DNA of 64,000 nucleotides from Tubiluchus corallicola. Lineage: Eukaryota > Animalia > Priapulida. Each line of letters starts with the position of its first letter. The stretch's first letter is position 1. The translations under genes and the position numbers were made by a program. The stretch covers positions 81,169 to 145,168 of the forward strand of contig JAQGDQ010000435.1 of assembly GCA_030141605.1 (NCBI GenBank). The letters run 5' to 3'. A model generated the notes under the pieces. That model had not been told where the DNA came from, did not search any database, and saw only the letters and a program-made list of their open reading frames with translations. Positions 49,602-62,441 of the stretch are shown here, piece after piece.

Positions 49602-51783
49602 TTCTTTACCTTTTCCTTGCTTCTTTATCTGAGTTTCAACAATTTTATTCCATTTCTTACAAGATAATTATGTTTTGCTTTTCGCTCGTAAATCGTTTTG
49701 CAAAGAAAAATAAATTTTTCAGCCCAAAATTTTCCTACCTAAGATTATTTTTTTCAATGCATATCTAAGTTTTTGCACTGCACAGCATTACTGATTTAAT
49801 ATATTTGTTGCTGTTGCCATCATCGCTCTCATCATCGTTGTAGTTTTGTAGAACTGTTACTTTTCAGTTTGAATGATGTTTTGGCATGGTCATTAACACT
49901 GTGAATAACTGCACGTGTATATTTTCCAACTAACCATGGGTCCAGAATTAAAGAGCCCAGAAAGGTCACTTCAATGTCATAATCTGAAAATTTGTCACAA
50001 GCTCTGTAATTTGCCAAATGAACAGAAAAGTGAATGTGATTGAACCTGAGCATGATAAAGGTCAAAGGTCACCAAAATATCATTTCCATGGAAGGTCATA
50101 ATTCGAGCGGACCAGTAAGTCAGCGCATAAAGTGGCTTATTTTTTATTGATCTGGCCTCACAAGAAGGATACAAATGTCAAAACGTTTGGGGTAATCCTA
50201 AAGTCTTCGCCTAAATGCGTTAACATACACTACTGTGTTACACCCATTACTGTGAAATAAGTTAAATGAGTGTCGCGAGAATGCAGGAGACCATAGATTA
50301 AGTGACCAGGGTCTTGTCTTTAAAGATTTGTTATAATAGGACAAAAATGTAGCCTACATCCTAAGACTTTTTCCATCTGCAACAGCAAAATAATATTCGA
50401 AAGATATTTCTTTTGCCATGGTTAATTTAAGGCATGGTGTCTGCTGCATCAAGATTTGATTATTTTTAAACAGCGGCAAAATACTCGTATACAAATGACC
50501 ATTTTTGTACTCTACAAAGGGTGAACCCTCCCATTTTCAGGAATCCAGAAAAGTAGAGTTTACCTTCTATACACGCAGAAGCAAAATATTTGTGTAAAGG
50601 TATTTGCACAAAGTGAGAATGCATGGAATCGCTGTGACTGCTGTGGCTTTTAGGAGGATAAAGGCAGTGTAAAAGCAGTGAGGACGTTTCACAGAAAGCA
50701 GCAGCGGCGAAATTAATGATATTGTTGGTTGCTGGGCAAAGGTTCAAACAATTGGCGTAACAACCAAGAGATGGCGCCGCGATACAAAGCCAACAACTCA
50801 GCTAAACTTTTCCCTACAAATATTATACCATAACAATAGTCAGCTCGGGCGTTGAAAATTTTTGTCCGGGCGTTAGCTTGAATCGGTTGAATAGACTAAA
50901 TAAGAATGTTAGAATGGAATGTAGAATAGGTATATTCAACGATAAATGAAGCCAATCAGTCGAAAACAGTCAATTTGTGACACTCATAACCCCGTGAATC
51001 CTATTAAACGAAGCTCAACATAAACTACACTATACATTATACAAGGTACATTATATAAACGTACCTTTTATATGCTTTTGAAAGCTAAAAACTATTTGGC
51101 TTATGGAGTTGCACGACTGCAGAAAGTGGCACATCTCAGAAAAGTAATAAATATTTTTATGCTTTTGGTACTCCGACAGTTTTGATCCAGTAATCAGTTA
51201 CAGATTATTATGTACTACTTATTATTATTATCATCATCGTCATCATCATCATCATCATCATTATCCATATGCAAATACTTAAATAATTACAGATAAATCT
51301 AAGAAAAAACTTGCATAAAAATAATTACAAATTCATTAAAATGATCCTAAAAAACGTAATTAAATTAAAATTGAAAATTTGAAGGTAAAACTTCCTTCCA
51401 TGTTTTGAACATGTTCGTTTTATATGTTAAATCGGATTCACGAAATTAACAACGTAGGCCTGCTTAGTTATTAAATTTTGAGAATGTCAGTCTATTGCGA
51501 TAATGCAGATTTTATACGTATCTAAATCAGTGAACTGTGATAGTCGGAGATTCGTGCACATCCCAGATGCGCTGGGGGCAATCATGTCTTAATTTAAAAT
51601 GCAGATTATTGTTGTAGGACCGGAATCTAGGTAAGTAAGAAAGTTGATCCCTATAAGAGATACTAAACTGTTAGGATGGTGATGTACTGTTTAGAAAGCG
51701 TTTGCGCGATCAGTTTTTAAACTGTCAAACTAAAACCGACAAATGCAAAAACTGCCAGTCTAAAAAAACTGACGCATGTTTAA

Positions 51784-52221
51784 CCCTATCATACCCGTTG
51801 TATCCCGTGGGATACAAGAATATTTTCTGCCTTTAAAATTAATAAAATTTTAAAACTGACAGTTATTTTGATCTGTTAATAGTTATTTTGATTTAAGCCA
51901 ATAACAATAGACTAAAAATGGTGATAAAATGGCAAACTAAAAAATCTACGTAGCACAAAAAACTGTGCAAGGTACAGTACTTTAGAGATGACTTTGTACA
52001 GATCAGCATAGCATGCATACCAAATGTCTTAAATACTTTAAAAAATTATCAGCAGTCGCAAAATGAAGCACTTTTTTGCTTTTGTTGTGTTTTTAAAAAA
52101 GTCGGACTTTGTTTTTTGCATATGACAAAAAATGTTTTGTATCCCACAGGATACATTTGGAACAAAAGTACCAAGCCAAAAAAATTTTTCTTATTAAAAA
52201 AATAATTTGGGACTGAAAGGG
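51784..52221. mobile_element. piggyBac-like MITE (438 bp)
   Basis: TTAA TSD at 51780-83 and 52222-25; CCCT termini with 13-bp TIR (10/13 match); subterminal GTATCCC..GGATAC motifs at both ends. Confidence 0.85.
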
Positions 52222-52239
52222 TTAAAGTCTTTCAGTCAA

Positions 52240-52500
52240 ATTGCGGCGCCAACACGCAAACGTGCTTTATTGTCTATTGTGCGATTAGAAAAGTTAATAA
52301 AGAAAGAGTTAGAAAAGTTTGGGTGAAGAAATGGTTACAGCGAAGAGGCGAAAAGGGCAGTTATAGTCTGATTTTCAAAGAGTTGAAAGTTGAGGCACCG
52401 CGCGATTTTTTTAACTACATACGTATGCTACCAAATCGAAAATTGCCGCAGTTTCAGTGAAGTAGAGACGGGAGCAGATAAACGCCTGTGTTACTTGGTT
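52240..52500 (+). mobile_element. PIF/Harbinger transposase N-terminal relic
   Basis: RKVWVKKWLQRRGEKGSYSLIFKELKVEAPRDFFNYIRM fits the W(V/I)xxWLxRR...G.Y..L..EL...D...F.NY.RM pattern of Harbinger/HARBI1-like nucleases; degenerates afterwards. Confidence 0.65.
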
Positions 52501-53677
52501 CCAGCCATAGCTTACGATATGTGTGCCGTAACAAATGACAGCTCAGTGTTTGGATCTTACTATAGCAATCCAGTGGTAATGCTATTTTTAACGTGATTTT
52601 ACTTCAGTGTAAAAAAATAATTGTGATGTGACCAAAGTTTTATAACTATATACATATATATTTATATACAGTATATACATTTTGGTTTGTCAACTTTGAC
52701 TTTATAAAAACATGTCTACATATATAAAATATAAACGCAAATATATAAATCATTTATAAGTATTTATAAATAATCATACTACATTATTTTTAGGCACAAC
52801 AGAAAGTCTTCACTTTACATAATGCTACTTACATAGAAGGTAAGTATTATAATAGTGCTGTTAGCGATTATATGTTCACTTATGCTATAGCCTCTTGTAG
52901 TAACGTGATAGTAAATAAAGACTAGGCGTAAAAAACTAGTTATTCTTAAACTATCTGTTTTACATCACTAATTGGTACTTATTTTGTTGTTACAATTTGT
53001 ACAGTGTATCACTTCTCCAGGCAACTGGCATGTGACTGTCAACACACAAACTCCTACTATATAAGTTTAATCCTGCTATACAAGAATAAACAATTAAAAA
53101 TGTGGTACTCAGTATTAGAATGAGGATGTTTTTCATAAATTTGCCTCGATAATAACAAGAATCAGCATAATATCTGAATACCATTCGTGAATGGTTGCTG
53201 TAGAGGTTATGTTGTCTCGGAACTAGCCAATTCACCCCGTTTGGTTAGGTGCAATTATTGTCATAGATTTATTCTACTTGGACAATAGTTGTTTCGTCTT
53301 TACCAACCACTGGACATCATCCAAGAATATTTGTTTCTTTTTTTACCTTTTTCGTGAATCAGGTTCTGAAAATAGCAAAAGTTCTGTCAAAAAATGGAAA
53401 TTATAAAAAACAATAATTATTCCAACGCAAACTTTATTTTAGAACAATTCTCATTCGTTGGGTTTATTTAATCAGAGATTATATATTGTCGTTTCATAAG
53501 AATAACGTGAGCAACATGCATATTTGCCAACAGCTAGATCCGTAGTGGTCCGTAGTAAGCCTTGACATTTTCTTCCGAAGTTCAACTGGGTCACGCAGCC
53601 AATTCGTTAGTTACAATGTATTGTTATAAACCACATTCATGACCATTCAAACGCATGTTAAATTCAAACTGAATTTA

Positions 53678-54169
53678 CGGCGGGCGAGCCCGACTATTGA
53701 TGACATCACAAACTAACATATTTTTCAACAGCAAAAATATTCCACGAGCGTGTTGCACGTGTTTGTGAAAGCGAAAATTAAAGTACAGCACTACTATAAG
53801 ATATTCAGTGTGTTGCACTAAAACTAGGCACGTTTTAAGATAAAAATTCAAATATCAAATTTACCGCTGTGCTCATGCATGAGCTGTCCAACGTGTGTAG
53901 TTCGTCAGAAGCTAACTCATCTGAACTGAAAAGTACAGCACCTGTTTTTGTGCAATGTGTTTCCGAAATGTAGGCGCTAGTGTCCGTCTAACTAGCGAAT
54001 GACGAAATGCATATAATAGCGAAGAACTAATGGCGCGAAGGTGAAATTGCGTTTGTGTGGTATTAATTCTTTCACGTATGTCATTTTTGAAAAAATAGTT
54101 TCCTTTCAATATTTTAAAGAGTTGATTGTTTTGACCTACAGTTTAAGATTGCGTCCGGTTTTGCTTTAA
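53678..54169. mobile_element. Interspersed repeat copy 3 (Kolobok-like; left end not found)
   Basis: Homologous to 17025-17495; ends ...GTTTTGCTTTAA. Confidence 0.7.
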
Positions 54170-54375
54170 TATCATTTCTAGTTTAATACTGCGCCTGCGC
54201 ACTGTTTTGTGCCTAAATCATAATTAATTCTACGTTTAACTACATGTAACAACGCGAACAAATGAAACAATATCATGTGCTACAACGACAACAAAAATGA
54301 TAAGTATCTGTAAATTAAATGGTAATTAAATCATTTGAGCTTTACTAATTATTAGCAATTAAAAGCTATAATATA

Positions 54376-54754
54376 TGTAAGATATTGGACTGCTGTCCGC
54401 TTTTAACGGAGGCAGGACGGATGGCACCGCGGCCTACACCGTGCGGCATGTCTCAATTAAGTCGCTCAACGCCAAACCAGAACAGAACCCGAATAATAAA
54501 GTCGAAATGACAATTTATTACTAAATATTACAAATAGCTTACCTAAAAGAACGGAGTTTGCGGCAAAGCCTGTGAAATGTGAACAGAGCTGCGATGAAAG
54601 ACACGACCACTGACAAGGATCTACGGCAGACCTTCCCTTTTTATAAGCTCAGGTATGCACGTGTCTAGTGGCTTTTACTAACACGCACACCTGAGAACTC
54701 TACTGTATTCCCCTGCCAGCATTACACTTCATCTCATCACAGCCCTGCAGTACA
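54376..54754 (-). mobile_element. Possible solo LTR
   Basis: TGTA...TACA ends, imperfect flanks ATATA/ATATT, minus-strand TATAAAAAGG then AATAAA; GC-richer than flanks. Confidence 0.4.
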
Positions 54755-55309
54755 ATATTAAATAATTTATTAAATTTATTAAAAAAGTAAATAAAAACAT
54801 TGAATACGTGGAAATGGTTTATTTCTTAAACCGTTTTCAACCACATTCAAAGCGATTTGAGTGTTTTCATGTCAGCCTAAATGTTTTCAAAATATTTTCA
54901 CCAAACGGGGTTTAAAACCAGTAAATTGAAAACGTTTTCAAATCATTTTGTACTAAAATCGTTTGAGCAGCATGATGTTGGCTGGCTGGATAAACCTGTG
55001 AAACGGCTTTTTTTCAATTAAATTCAGTTCTATTCACCTTTTATTTCAGCATTAAAATTGCCATGTAATTGACTAAAAAAGATAAATTACTACACATGCA
55101 CTGCACAAACACACAAAATACTAATTCTGCCAACTACATGCAACAATAATAAAAAAATCTACCACACCAAATAAGAAGAACGTCCGTCCTAAAAAATTTT
55201 GAAGTATAATCGCACGTGAGAGTCATTAGCAATATTCAGATTGCCTATTCAGGTTGCTTGTGACTTAATTTAAAAAAAGAAAGCAACAATAATTTGACGA
55301 TCATTTTAG

Positions 55310-55556
55310 ACGAATGCTACGAAGTGGAGTTTCCTACACCGAGCACAACTGACTACATTCAGATAGATGGCATTTTTTCTAACGACTTAACCTCAGCATT
55401 TTCATTTTGTGGTTGGTTGAAGACAACGGTTGGATCAGGAAGCTATGCCCAGCATCAGCTCTGGACTTGGAACAATGGCAACGATACCATTAACTTCAGA
55501 TTTTCAAATTTTCAACTACACCTTGTTTTTGAAGATGATCGAGGGTATTATAAAGA
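55310..55556 (+). CDS. Pentraxin/LamG-domain gene, exon A (upstream exons not found)
   Basis: ECYEVEFPTPSTTDYIQIDG...AFSFCGWLKT resembles a pentraxin N-terminus; TTTTAG/GTAAGG, phase 1-2. Confidence 0.8.
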
Positions 55557-56579
55557 GTAAGGCATGCTTCTTTTATAACTGAGTTTAGAAATGACTATAA
55601 TAATACATCAAACAAACTAGCAAAAGTTGTATAGGTCCTCAGTGCAGTTGTTGTGTGACACAGGCATCCCATACCATTACTTTTTTCAAAAAGGTTTGAC
55701 ACATTGGAACTGCATACTGGAATCCAGTAATGAACGGGTGTGTTACTGTGCTAATGGAGTGTGGCAGGATTGGAATCTGTCGGAATATCAAGAAGGATTC
55801 TCTAAAGTGAGAAATTAAACAGGCAGGTGGATCCAAGCTACAACAACACTTTTTTAATTGAAGAAAGCCCGATAGGCTTATATTTATTTTATCTTTTCAA
55901 CTCTAGAATACAGCATCACTGCAACATGCCCATGTTTCTGTTTTATCTAAATTTGTTCTAATATTTTTTCTCTGCCAGTTGTCCAATGTTAACAGCAAAA
56001 TAACAAGTATTTGAACCCACGTACAAAGGGCGGCAACTATAAGTGTCTTTTTTGCTTTACACTAAAACCTTTCAAAAAAATTTTTAAAAAGGTAAAAACG
56101 ATATATTATTACATCATGTTAACCGCTTTTGGTTGCGTGTGTCACTTTTTCATGTTAACTTCCACGTGTGGGTGCACAGACAAATTAAACATACTACTTA
56201 CTACACACTACTATGTACCAAGGGAGCTCTGAATCTGTAAACTTGCACCACAGTGGTAGTATTGATGGCGCTTCCAACTGCCATCTTTACCGTCTATATT
56301 TAATTTTCTTCAGTGCGTATATAGATTCTTGTATAATTCGTTTGATGTATGGATCACCACAAATGGTGCCGTCGTCAGAGCTGTAGCCTCGAATCTTATA
56401 TATATATATATAAATATATATATAGCAAGAGAATTAATATATGCGATTATAGCAGCCTTTTAGTGTACTTCCACTTTTTAGCATTAAATTAAGAATTGTG
56501 AAAACAGAAAAAAAAACAGAAAAAAACATCTTCACCAATAATAATGGAACCTGTGTGAGTTTTTTGTTTTGTGTTTCAG

Positions 56580-56986
56580 TGTCGTGAGTACTCCGGGTAA
56601 TGTGGTTCATGTGCAGGATGATGAGTGGCATTTCATCTGCGTTCCATCTTGAAGGAAATTACAAGTTTCATGTTGACGCTCAGATGATTTACTCCGTGAA
56701 TACAGGATATTTAACCGACTACCTCTTGCCCGTAAACAGATCTTTGTTTATAGGACAGTATGCTAAAACCTGGGGTGACAGGAGTTTCCAACTGGTAAAT
56801 GCTTTCCAGGGCAAGATTGCAGGCTTTAATTTTTACGACTACATATTAAGTAATGAAGAAATCCAAGATTTGTTCTTGTATTGCTATAATAGTGGTGGGA
56901 ACCTGTTGGCTTGGAGTAAAATGAAGAATGGTTTAATGGGAGATGCAGCTGTCAGCAATGATACACCATCGTGTATCAGCTTTTAA
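56580..56986 (+). pseudogene. Pentraxin-domain gene, terminal exon with frameshift near 56644
   Basis: Spliced frame reads ...VQDDEWHFICVPS*, while the rest of the domain (EGNYKFHVD...LFIGQ...AFQGKIAGFNFYDYILS...GNLLAW) is in another frame. Confidence 0.75.
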
Positions 56987-57079
56987 TGCTAAATCCCATA
57001 AGCGTTACAAAAGCTTACGATTACCAGGAATTTATAATATATTTTATACATATGCAAAATGTTTGAATGTTGACAATTA

Positions 57080-57689
57080 GTCCAGTTCCTTATGCATTTT
57101 CGTTATTTTTTTTTTGGAGATTTGCAAAACTATACATTTTTGGAATCGTTAGAGAATCTAAAAATGTATCTTTTCGTTTTTTTAAAACCTGCTGTGGTCA
57201 TAAAAAACTGTAACACAAACCTAATAGCCATGAATTGGAGCTTACTGATACTGGCAACCTAATTATGTATGAGGTTATTGCTAATGGCCAAGATATAATA
57301 GCATGCATTGATAGAATTCAAATATTCGATTGGAAACTGCGAAAACAAAGTTACAACCCATAACGAAGATGGGGGTACCACCTGGAAAGTTGTTAAAATG
57401 TACAGCCCCGCCCTGCCCCCAACATCTTAGCCCTTTTGCCCATGTATATACATTGCTTTGTCCAGTTCACAAGGAAAGAACTAACCACTGGAACTGGAGC
57501 TTATCTTGCAGTGAATATATGACAAAAAATCATTATTTAGAAAGTGTCATTTTGAGATGGCTACCAAGCTGATTTTGAAAAAAAAGGAAAGATAATTTAT
57601 ATGTTGAGGCAGATCCTTAGCTTTCCAAAAATGTATAGGATATCTAATCTCCAAAATTTTTGAACGAACCAATGCATTACATACTAGAC
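57080..57689. mobile_element. TA-flanked MITE with long degenerate TIRs
   Basis: TA-GTCCAGT...ACTAGAC-TA; inverted TTTTGGAGATT...CTATACATTTTTGGAA blocks near both ends. Confidence 0.55.
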
Positions 57690-58849
57690 TAAACTTCTAA
57701 TTGCATATCATTAGAAAATTTGGAATGCAGTGTACTTGAATAAACTATTATAGATCTATATTATAGCGATTTTATATATGTATACGAATGCAAAGCAGAA
57801 ACTTAAAAATGTATGGCATATTTTAAATGCATGGGATAGGGTATAACGAACTGCAAGGATTAATGTATTGGGAAAGAACTCTTTGGAGTTCTAGCAGATT
57901 CACTTATTAGTTAATATGCATCGCTAAATGTTATTTTACGTTGTATTGTTAAAACACATTATTATAACTTTATTTTATTGCTTATAAATTTGTGAGCTTG
58001 CAGAGGTGATTATATCTATATTAGCTTTCTTATTTTTTGTTTAATGTTATCTAGGTCTATTAAGAATTTTCACTTTATACGGTCTTCAAAAAAGTCAGTA
58101 TGTATTAGTTTTGTTTTTGATTTAGTAAAGGTATTTAAATTTGATATCTTAATGCGGAGAAGAAAGTTGGCACTTTCAGTTATTCAGTAGGACCATGCAT
58201 ACACCTACATTTCACATTTTTAACTCATAATGAAAAAATATCAAAAAATAGCAAAATTTTGGAAAATGGGTTTAATTATAACCTTTTTGCGCAAGCCGGA
58301 TGTACGGCAATATATTCGAGTACATTTGTATCTCGTAATTATAGCTTTTATGATCATTACACCATACCGTGTTGTAGTGGCTAATATAAATATGTTTATT
58401 ACTCACATTAAGTCTGACAACCTTGTAGATCTACTATTTCCTAAAAATAAGTTGGTAGATTAAAAGATAGCACTTATTTTTTGTGATATGTTGCTGAGCA
58501 ATTGGCAAAAAATATTGTTGCCACTGTTTTTGTGTACTATCATTATAATGGTCGCTTAATGTCTGTTGAGGGCTATAAGACCAGTTAGATGGCTAGACCA
58601 CAAGTTTTTCAATTCTCCTCAGATCAATAGGCCCGAGAGAAGTTAGTTGGTAGTTGGGGGGGGGGGGGTTAAAGGTCTATTTTATAATACGACTACCCAA
58701 GCACGACATCTCTTGGTTAAACAATGGATTAGTATTTTAGCTGCTTTAATTAGTAGGCTTACTGTACATAACATTCTTAAAATCTTTTTATAACGAGGCC
58801 AATTTCATAAAGAAGCACCGTAATAAATTTTATTAAATTTTTATTTTAA

Positions 58850-60700
58850 AATATGTTCTGTGCAGCAAAAATTTTGGCTTAAAGCCAAGTTTGCATTTTT
58901 TACAATTACTATGTGCTTTTTAGTTATGTTTCTACCCGGATAAACATTTTTTGTTCTATTAAAGTTGTGAATTGTTTCTGTGACAAGGATAGCCAAAGCA
59001 CTTAGGTTTTTGTAAGCGTATGCCTTCTTTATATCGCACTTCTAAATTTCTATCGATTTCCTCAAAATAAAGTTTGTCACAAGTTTAGCTTAGTTTTGTA
59101 AACACCACATTTTTAAAATCGTAAGAATTATTTTGAAAGAAATCAATTTTGAGTCATATTTATATTAAACCAACCTAGTATTAACTGCGTAAGGTGCGGT
59201 TTGTACTGTTACATGGAAACAATGGGAAATTTCTGTGATACAGCATTTCGAGGTAAAGAATTGTTTACTTCTGGAAACCAAGCAAAATGTTGACTTCTAG
59301 CCTTACTCAGAGCGTGATCCGGATGAGATAGATTTTTCAAAGTAATAAAAATATGACTCATCTCTTCTGGTAAAAATTTTTTTATTGCAAATTCGTATAG
59401 CTCTCAAAAATAAATCAAGCCAACAGAGAATTTAAGATTAATTGCTGTATAACAGAAAGAGTGAAGGTAAGTTTCAGCATTAGTATTTTTCTGATAAACT
59501 GAAAACGTTGAATGTGCATAATGTTTATGAATATGTACGTCTAAAACGGTGTTTTTTATTCTGTTCAACTTCAGAAGTAAAGTTACGGGTTGGTACAAAG
59601 ATTACAAGCAGTTGAAAAACAAATGGCTATTAAAGTCGGTAGAAATTAACCACAAACTATCATCTACATAACGTTACGAAATTTTTGGTCGTACTTTCAA
59701 CATGTTCCCGAAATAAATATGCAAGAACAAGGGTCAAGGGGTTTCCTACGGCCTACAAATGTTTGCTTATAAAAGTTTTTCCAAAATTGAAAAAAAGAAC
59801 TCACGCAACCCAGTTCCACGTGTTTTAGAAAGCGTTCACTAGAAAAAGAAGATGAAAGTCTAGAGTTGACAATATTCTCCGAAGAAAGTTAAATGTGGGT
59901 TCCGAAGAAACATTTGTAAGAGTAACTGAACATTAAAAGAAATCTTTATTTATCATTCCACTTTATTGGCACTACATTACGAAGTTTGTCAATAACATCT
60001 AAATTATGTCCCAGGTGTGCACCCGAAAAGCTACCTAGCAACTTTGTCTGATCAGTGTTTAGCCAAGAATTTGAATAACCTACCTAGTATAACATGGTGA
60101 ACCACAATTGGAAATAATTGTAGGTTTCCTGGGCTTATGAATTTTAGGCAGTCCATAAGCATAAGGTAAAGATGACAACCAAGAAATGGAACACTTTAAA
60201 ATATCTTTATGATCTGAAAACTGAGAAATAATAACATTTTCTGTTAAATGAAGCTTGCATATCCTGAAACTGATTTTTGCTCACCTTTTGTTAACAGAAC
60301 CGTCATTAAGAATATCATCCATCTTATGATCGTAAACTGATTTCCATGCGGTGCATTTCTTTTGCTTTTGGCAGATAAATGTTATGAATTAATATACAGA
60401 TGACATGAAGTCCTCCACTGGTGGCGTCTTCACAAATTTTTAGTTTTTTACAGTGCGTTCGGAAAAGTAGAGGGATCAATAGCAAAATATGCTAAATCTC
60501 TATTAATTATTACGGATTATGAATTATGAAATAACGAATGCTAAGAATTCAAATAATATTGCTAAACATAAGCTTTGTGACAAAGACAACAATGGTCATT
60601 TTCTTTTCGTTTCCGTTTTTCTTTTGGAACAAACATCTCACGAAAATCTTAAGCCCATGTTCACGGCAGTTACTTTTTTGGTTTTTTAACTGAAATTACA
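58850..60700 (-). mobile_element. Decayed Penelope-like retroelement (RT plus GIY-YIG endonuclease)
   Basis: Motifs in the correct order: YGLPKIHK (60134-57), SFNV..TNV, FYKQ..GNPL..VLA, RYVDD (59659-73), LDV..SVYQKNT..YL, GVY..Y.EE.DRNL..R.KE, SALA; many stops and frameshifts. Boundaries approximate. Confidence 0.85.
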
Positions 60701-61280
60701 AAAGACAAATGAAATAGCGGAGAGGTCACAGAGTACGCTTAGCAACCGAAGCTAAGCAAAGCTGGTCCTGCTCTGTAAGTGAATGGAAGTCTGCTTGGAA
60801 AACTGTCTCTGAATAGTTTGCACACATTCCCTTAAATCAGAGGATGACCAAGACACCTTTGCCCGGTACTGTGTCTCATCGTAACAGAAATAGTTTTTTA
60901 TAAAAACAACGTTCGGTAAGTATACTCTCTCCAAAAAGAAGGTTCTTAGCTTTCGCTGAATACCATACTGAACGCAAGACGAAATCCAGCATTAATAGCA
61001 AGTTCTAGACCTACTAATATAGGCCTAATTTAATGGTTTTAATTGGATAGGAATCTAGCTAATTATCGGGGATAATTCTGCAAGTCTTGTCAGCTTTGTT
61101 TTAGTCAAGCCAATATTCTCAAATTTCTTTGTTCTCACCAATGAATTACAGGTCATTAATCTTGGAAAAAAGTGACTAAGCGAAGCTACGAAAAATGGAA
61201 TCAGTAATTCTGAGCAAAACAAGCTACATCAACGTCTCTAATCCAACCTTTTCAACTTCGAAGAATTGAGAAAGCCAAAC

Positions 61281-62441
61281 ATGGCAGAGCAGGACGCACT
61301 CTTACCAGTGGTCAAGCACAGCAAAACTGGACAGTTAGTTCCATCACGAGTGAATCGCATTCCGGAACCCATTCCAGTTTTCGTGTACAGGAATGGAGAC
61401 AAATTCTTCACACCTATTAAACTGATATTTCATCAACATGAAACGCTAGAGATGATTTTGCAAATTATTTCCAAAAAGATTTCGTTAACTCGTGGTCATG
61501 TTGACCAGCTGTACCAGATTGCCGATGGTTCCCTGATAACGGATGAGAAAATGTTGAAATCCTGGGATCGTTTAGCGGCTGCTACAATGCATGAAGAGTT
61601 CCAAAACGTTAAATATGTATCACCACAGCTAAAGAAAAACATCAAGGACCCTCATCGTCTGGAAAAACTGAAAGCCGAGCATTTTAAGGTGTCCAAGGGA
61701 ATCGTTGTTGGAAAATCCAAGAAGCGGCATTCGCTTCCCGCAGAGCCCTTCTCTAAAAGGGATATAACTGTCCAGCAAAAATCACAGAGACCAAAAGCAG
61801 AGGATGACGACGATGATTTTGTGGCGTTCAGGAAAGTTATAACATCTAGAAGACGGCATACATTTCATGGAGATACTTTCGCCATGCACGACGCCATGGA
61901 ACTGTTACAAAGCTCAATAGCAAAAGGTGGTAAACTGGAGAAGCTAGATGAACTTGATGAAACCCCTATATATTTGCAAGATGAACTTCAAACAAAAAGT
62001 CTGACTGAAGTGACTCAAAAGGGCAGTGAAAAAGCGAAAAGTTCTGCCAAGAAGAATTTGGAGACAATGAAAATGTCACGGCGCTTAACAGCAACAGATA
62101 GTAAACTGGAGAAGTTGGACGAATACGATGAAAGTCCTGTATATAAAGAAGACGAATTTCAAACAAAAAGGGCTACTGATGTGACTGAAAAGGACAGCGA
62201 AGAAGCAAAAAATTCTGGATTTGAAAAATCAAAAAATGCTCACATTATCTTCTACGGGAGCACCGAGGATCTTGACGAATGGTACAAGTCACAACTGCAA
62301 CCAGTGGGCTCGTGGACGTGGTGGAATACGTGTTACGACAGATCAAGTAAATGGCACAAATGGATCGATGCCTACTTGAGGTCAACCCGTAAACACGCGA
62401 AAGATCTATGTTGCCCCAAAACAGGGGCACATGAAAATTAG
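61281..62441 (+). CDS. Doublecortin-domain protein (DCDC2-like single DCX domain), 386 aa, single-exon CDS
   Basis: AAACATGG start; VFVYRNGDKFF...ETLEMILQIISKKISL..G.V..LY....G..I...F..V.Y matches the DCX pattern. Confidence 0.8.
   Translation: MAEQDALLPVVKHSKTGQLVPSRVNRIPEPIPVFVYRNGDKFFTPIKLIFHQHETLEMILQIISKKISLTRGHVDQLYQIADGSLITDEKMLKSWDRLAAATMHEEFQNVKYVSPQLKKNIKDPHRLEKLKAEHFKVSKGIVVGKSKKRHSLPAEPFSKRDITVQQKSQRPKAEDDDDDFVAFRKVITSRRRHTFHGDTFAMHDAMELLQSSIAKGGKLEKLDELDETPIYLQDELQTKSLTEVTQKGSEKAKSSAKKNLETMKMSRRLTATDSKLEKLDEYDESPVYKEDEFQTKRATDVTEKDSEEAKNSGFEKSKNAHIIFYGSTEDLDEWYKSQLQPVGSWTWWNTCYDRSSKWHKWIDAYLRSTRKHAKDLCCPKTGAHEN

Noticed and set aside
53270-53340. IFLDDVQ..GKDETT resembling an SRCR domain (minus strand)
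   Set aside because: Needs a frameshift, lacks the cysteines, and has no supporting exons.
58591-58630. Hammerhead-like CTGAGGA...GAAA just 3' of the Penelope relic
   Set aside because: The position fits a PLE ribozyme, but stems I-III do not pair; at best a decayed remnant.
59208-59220. RFX X-box-like GTTACATGGAAAC upstream of the DCX gene
   Set aside because: Lies inside the Penelope coding relic, 2 kb away, and is an imperfect match.
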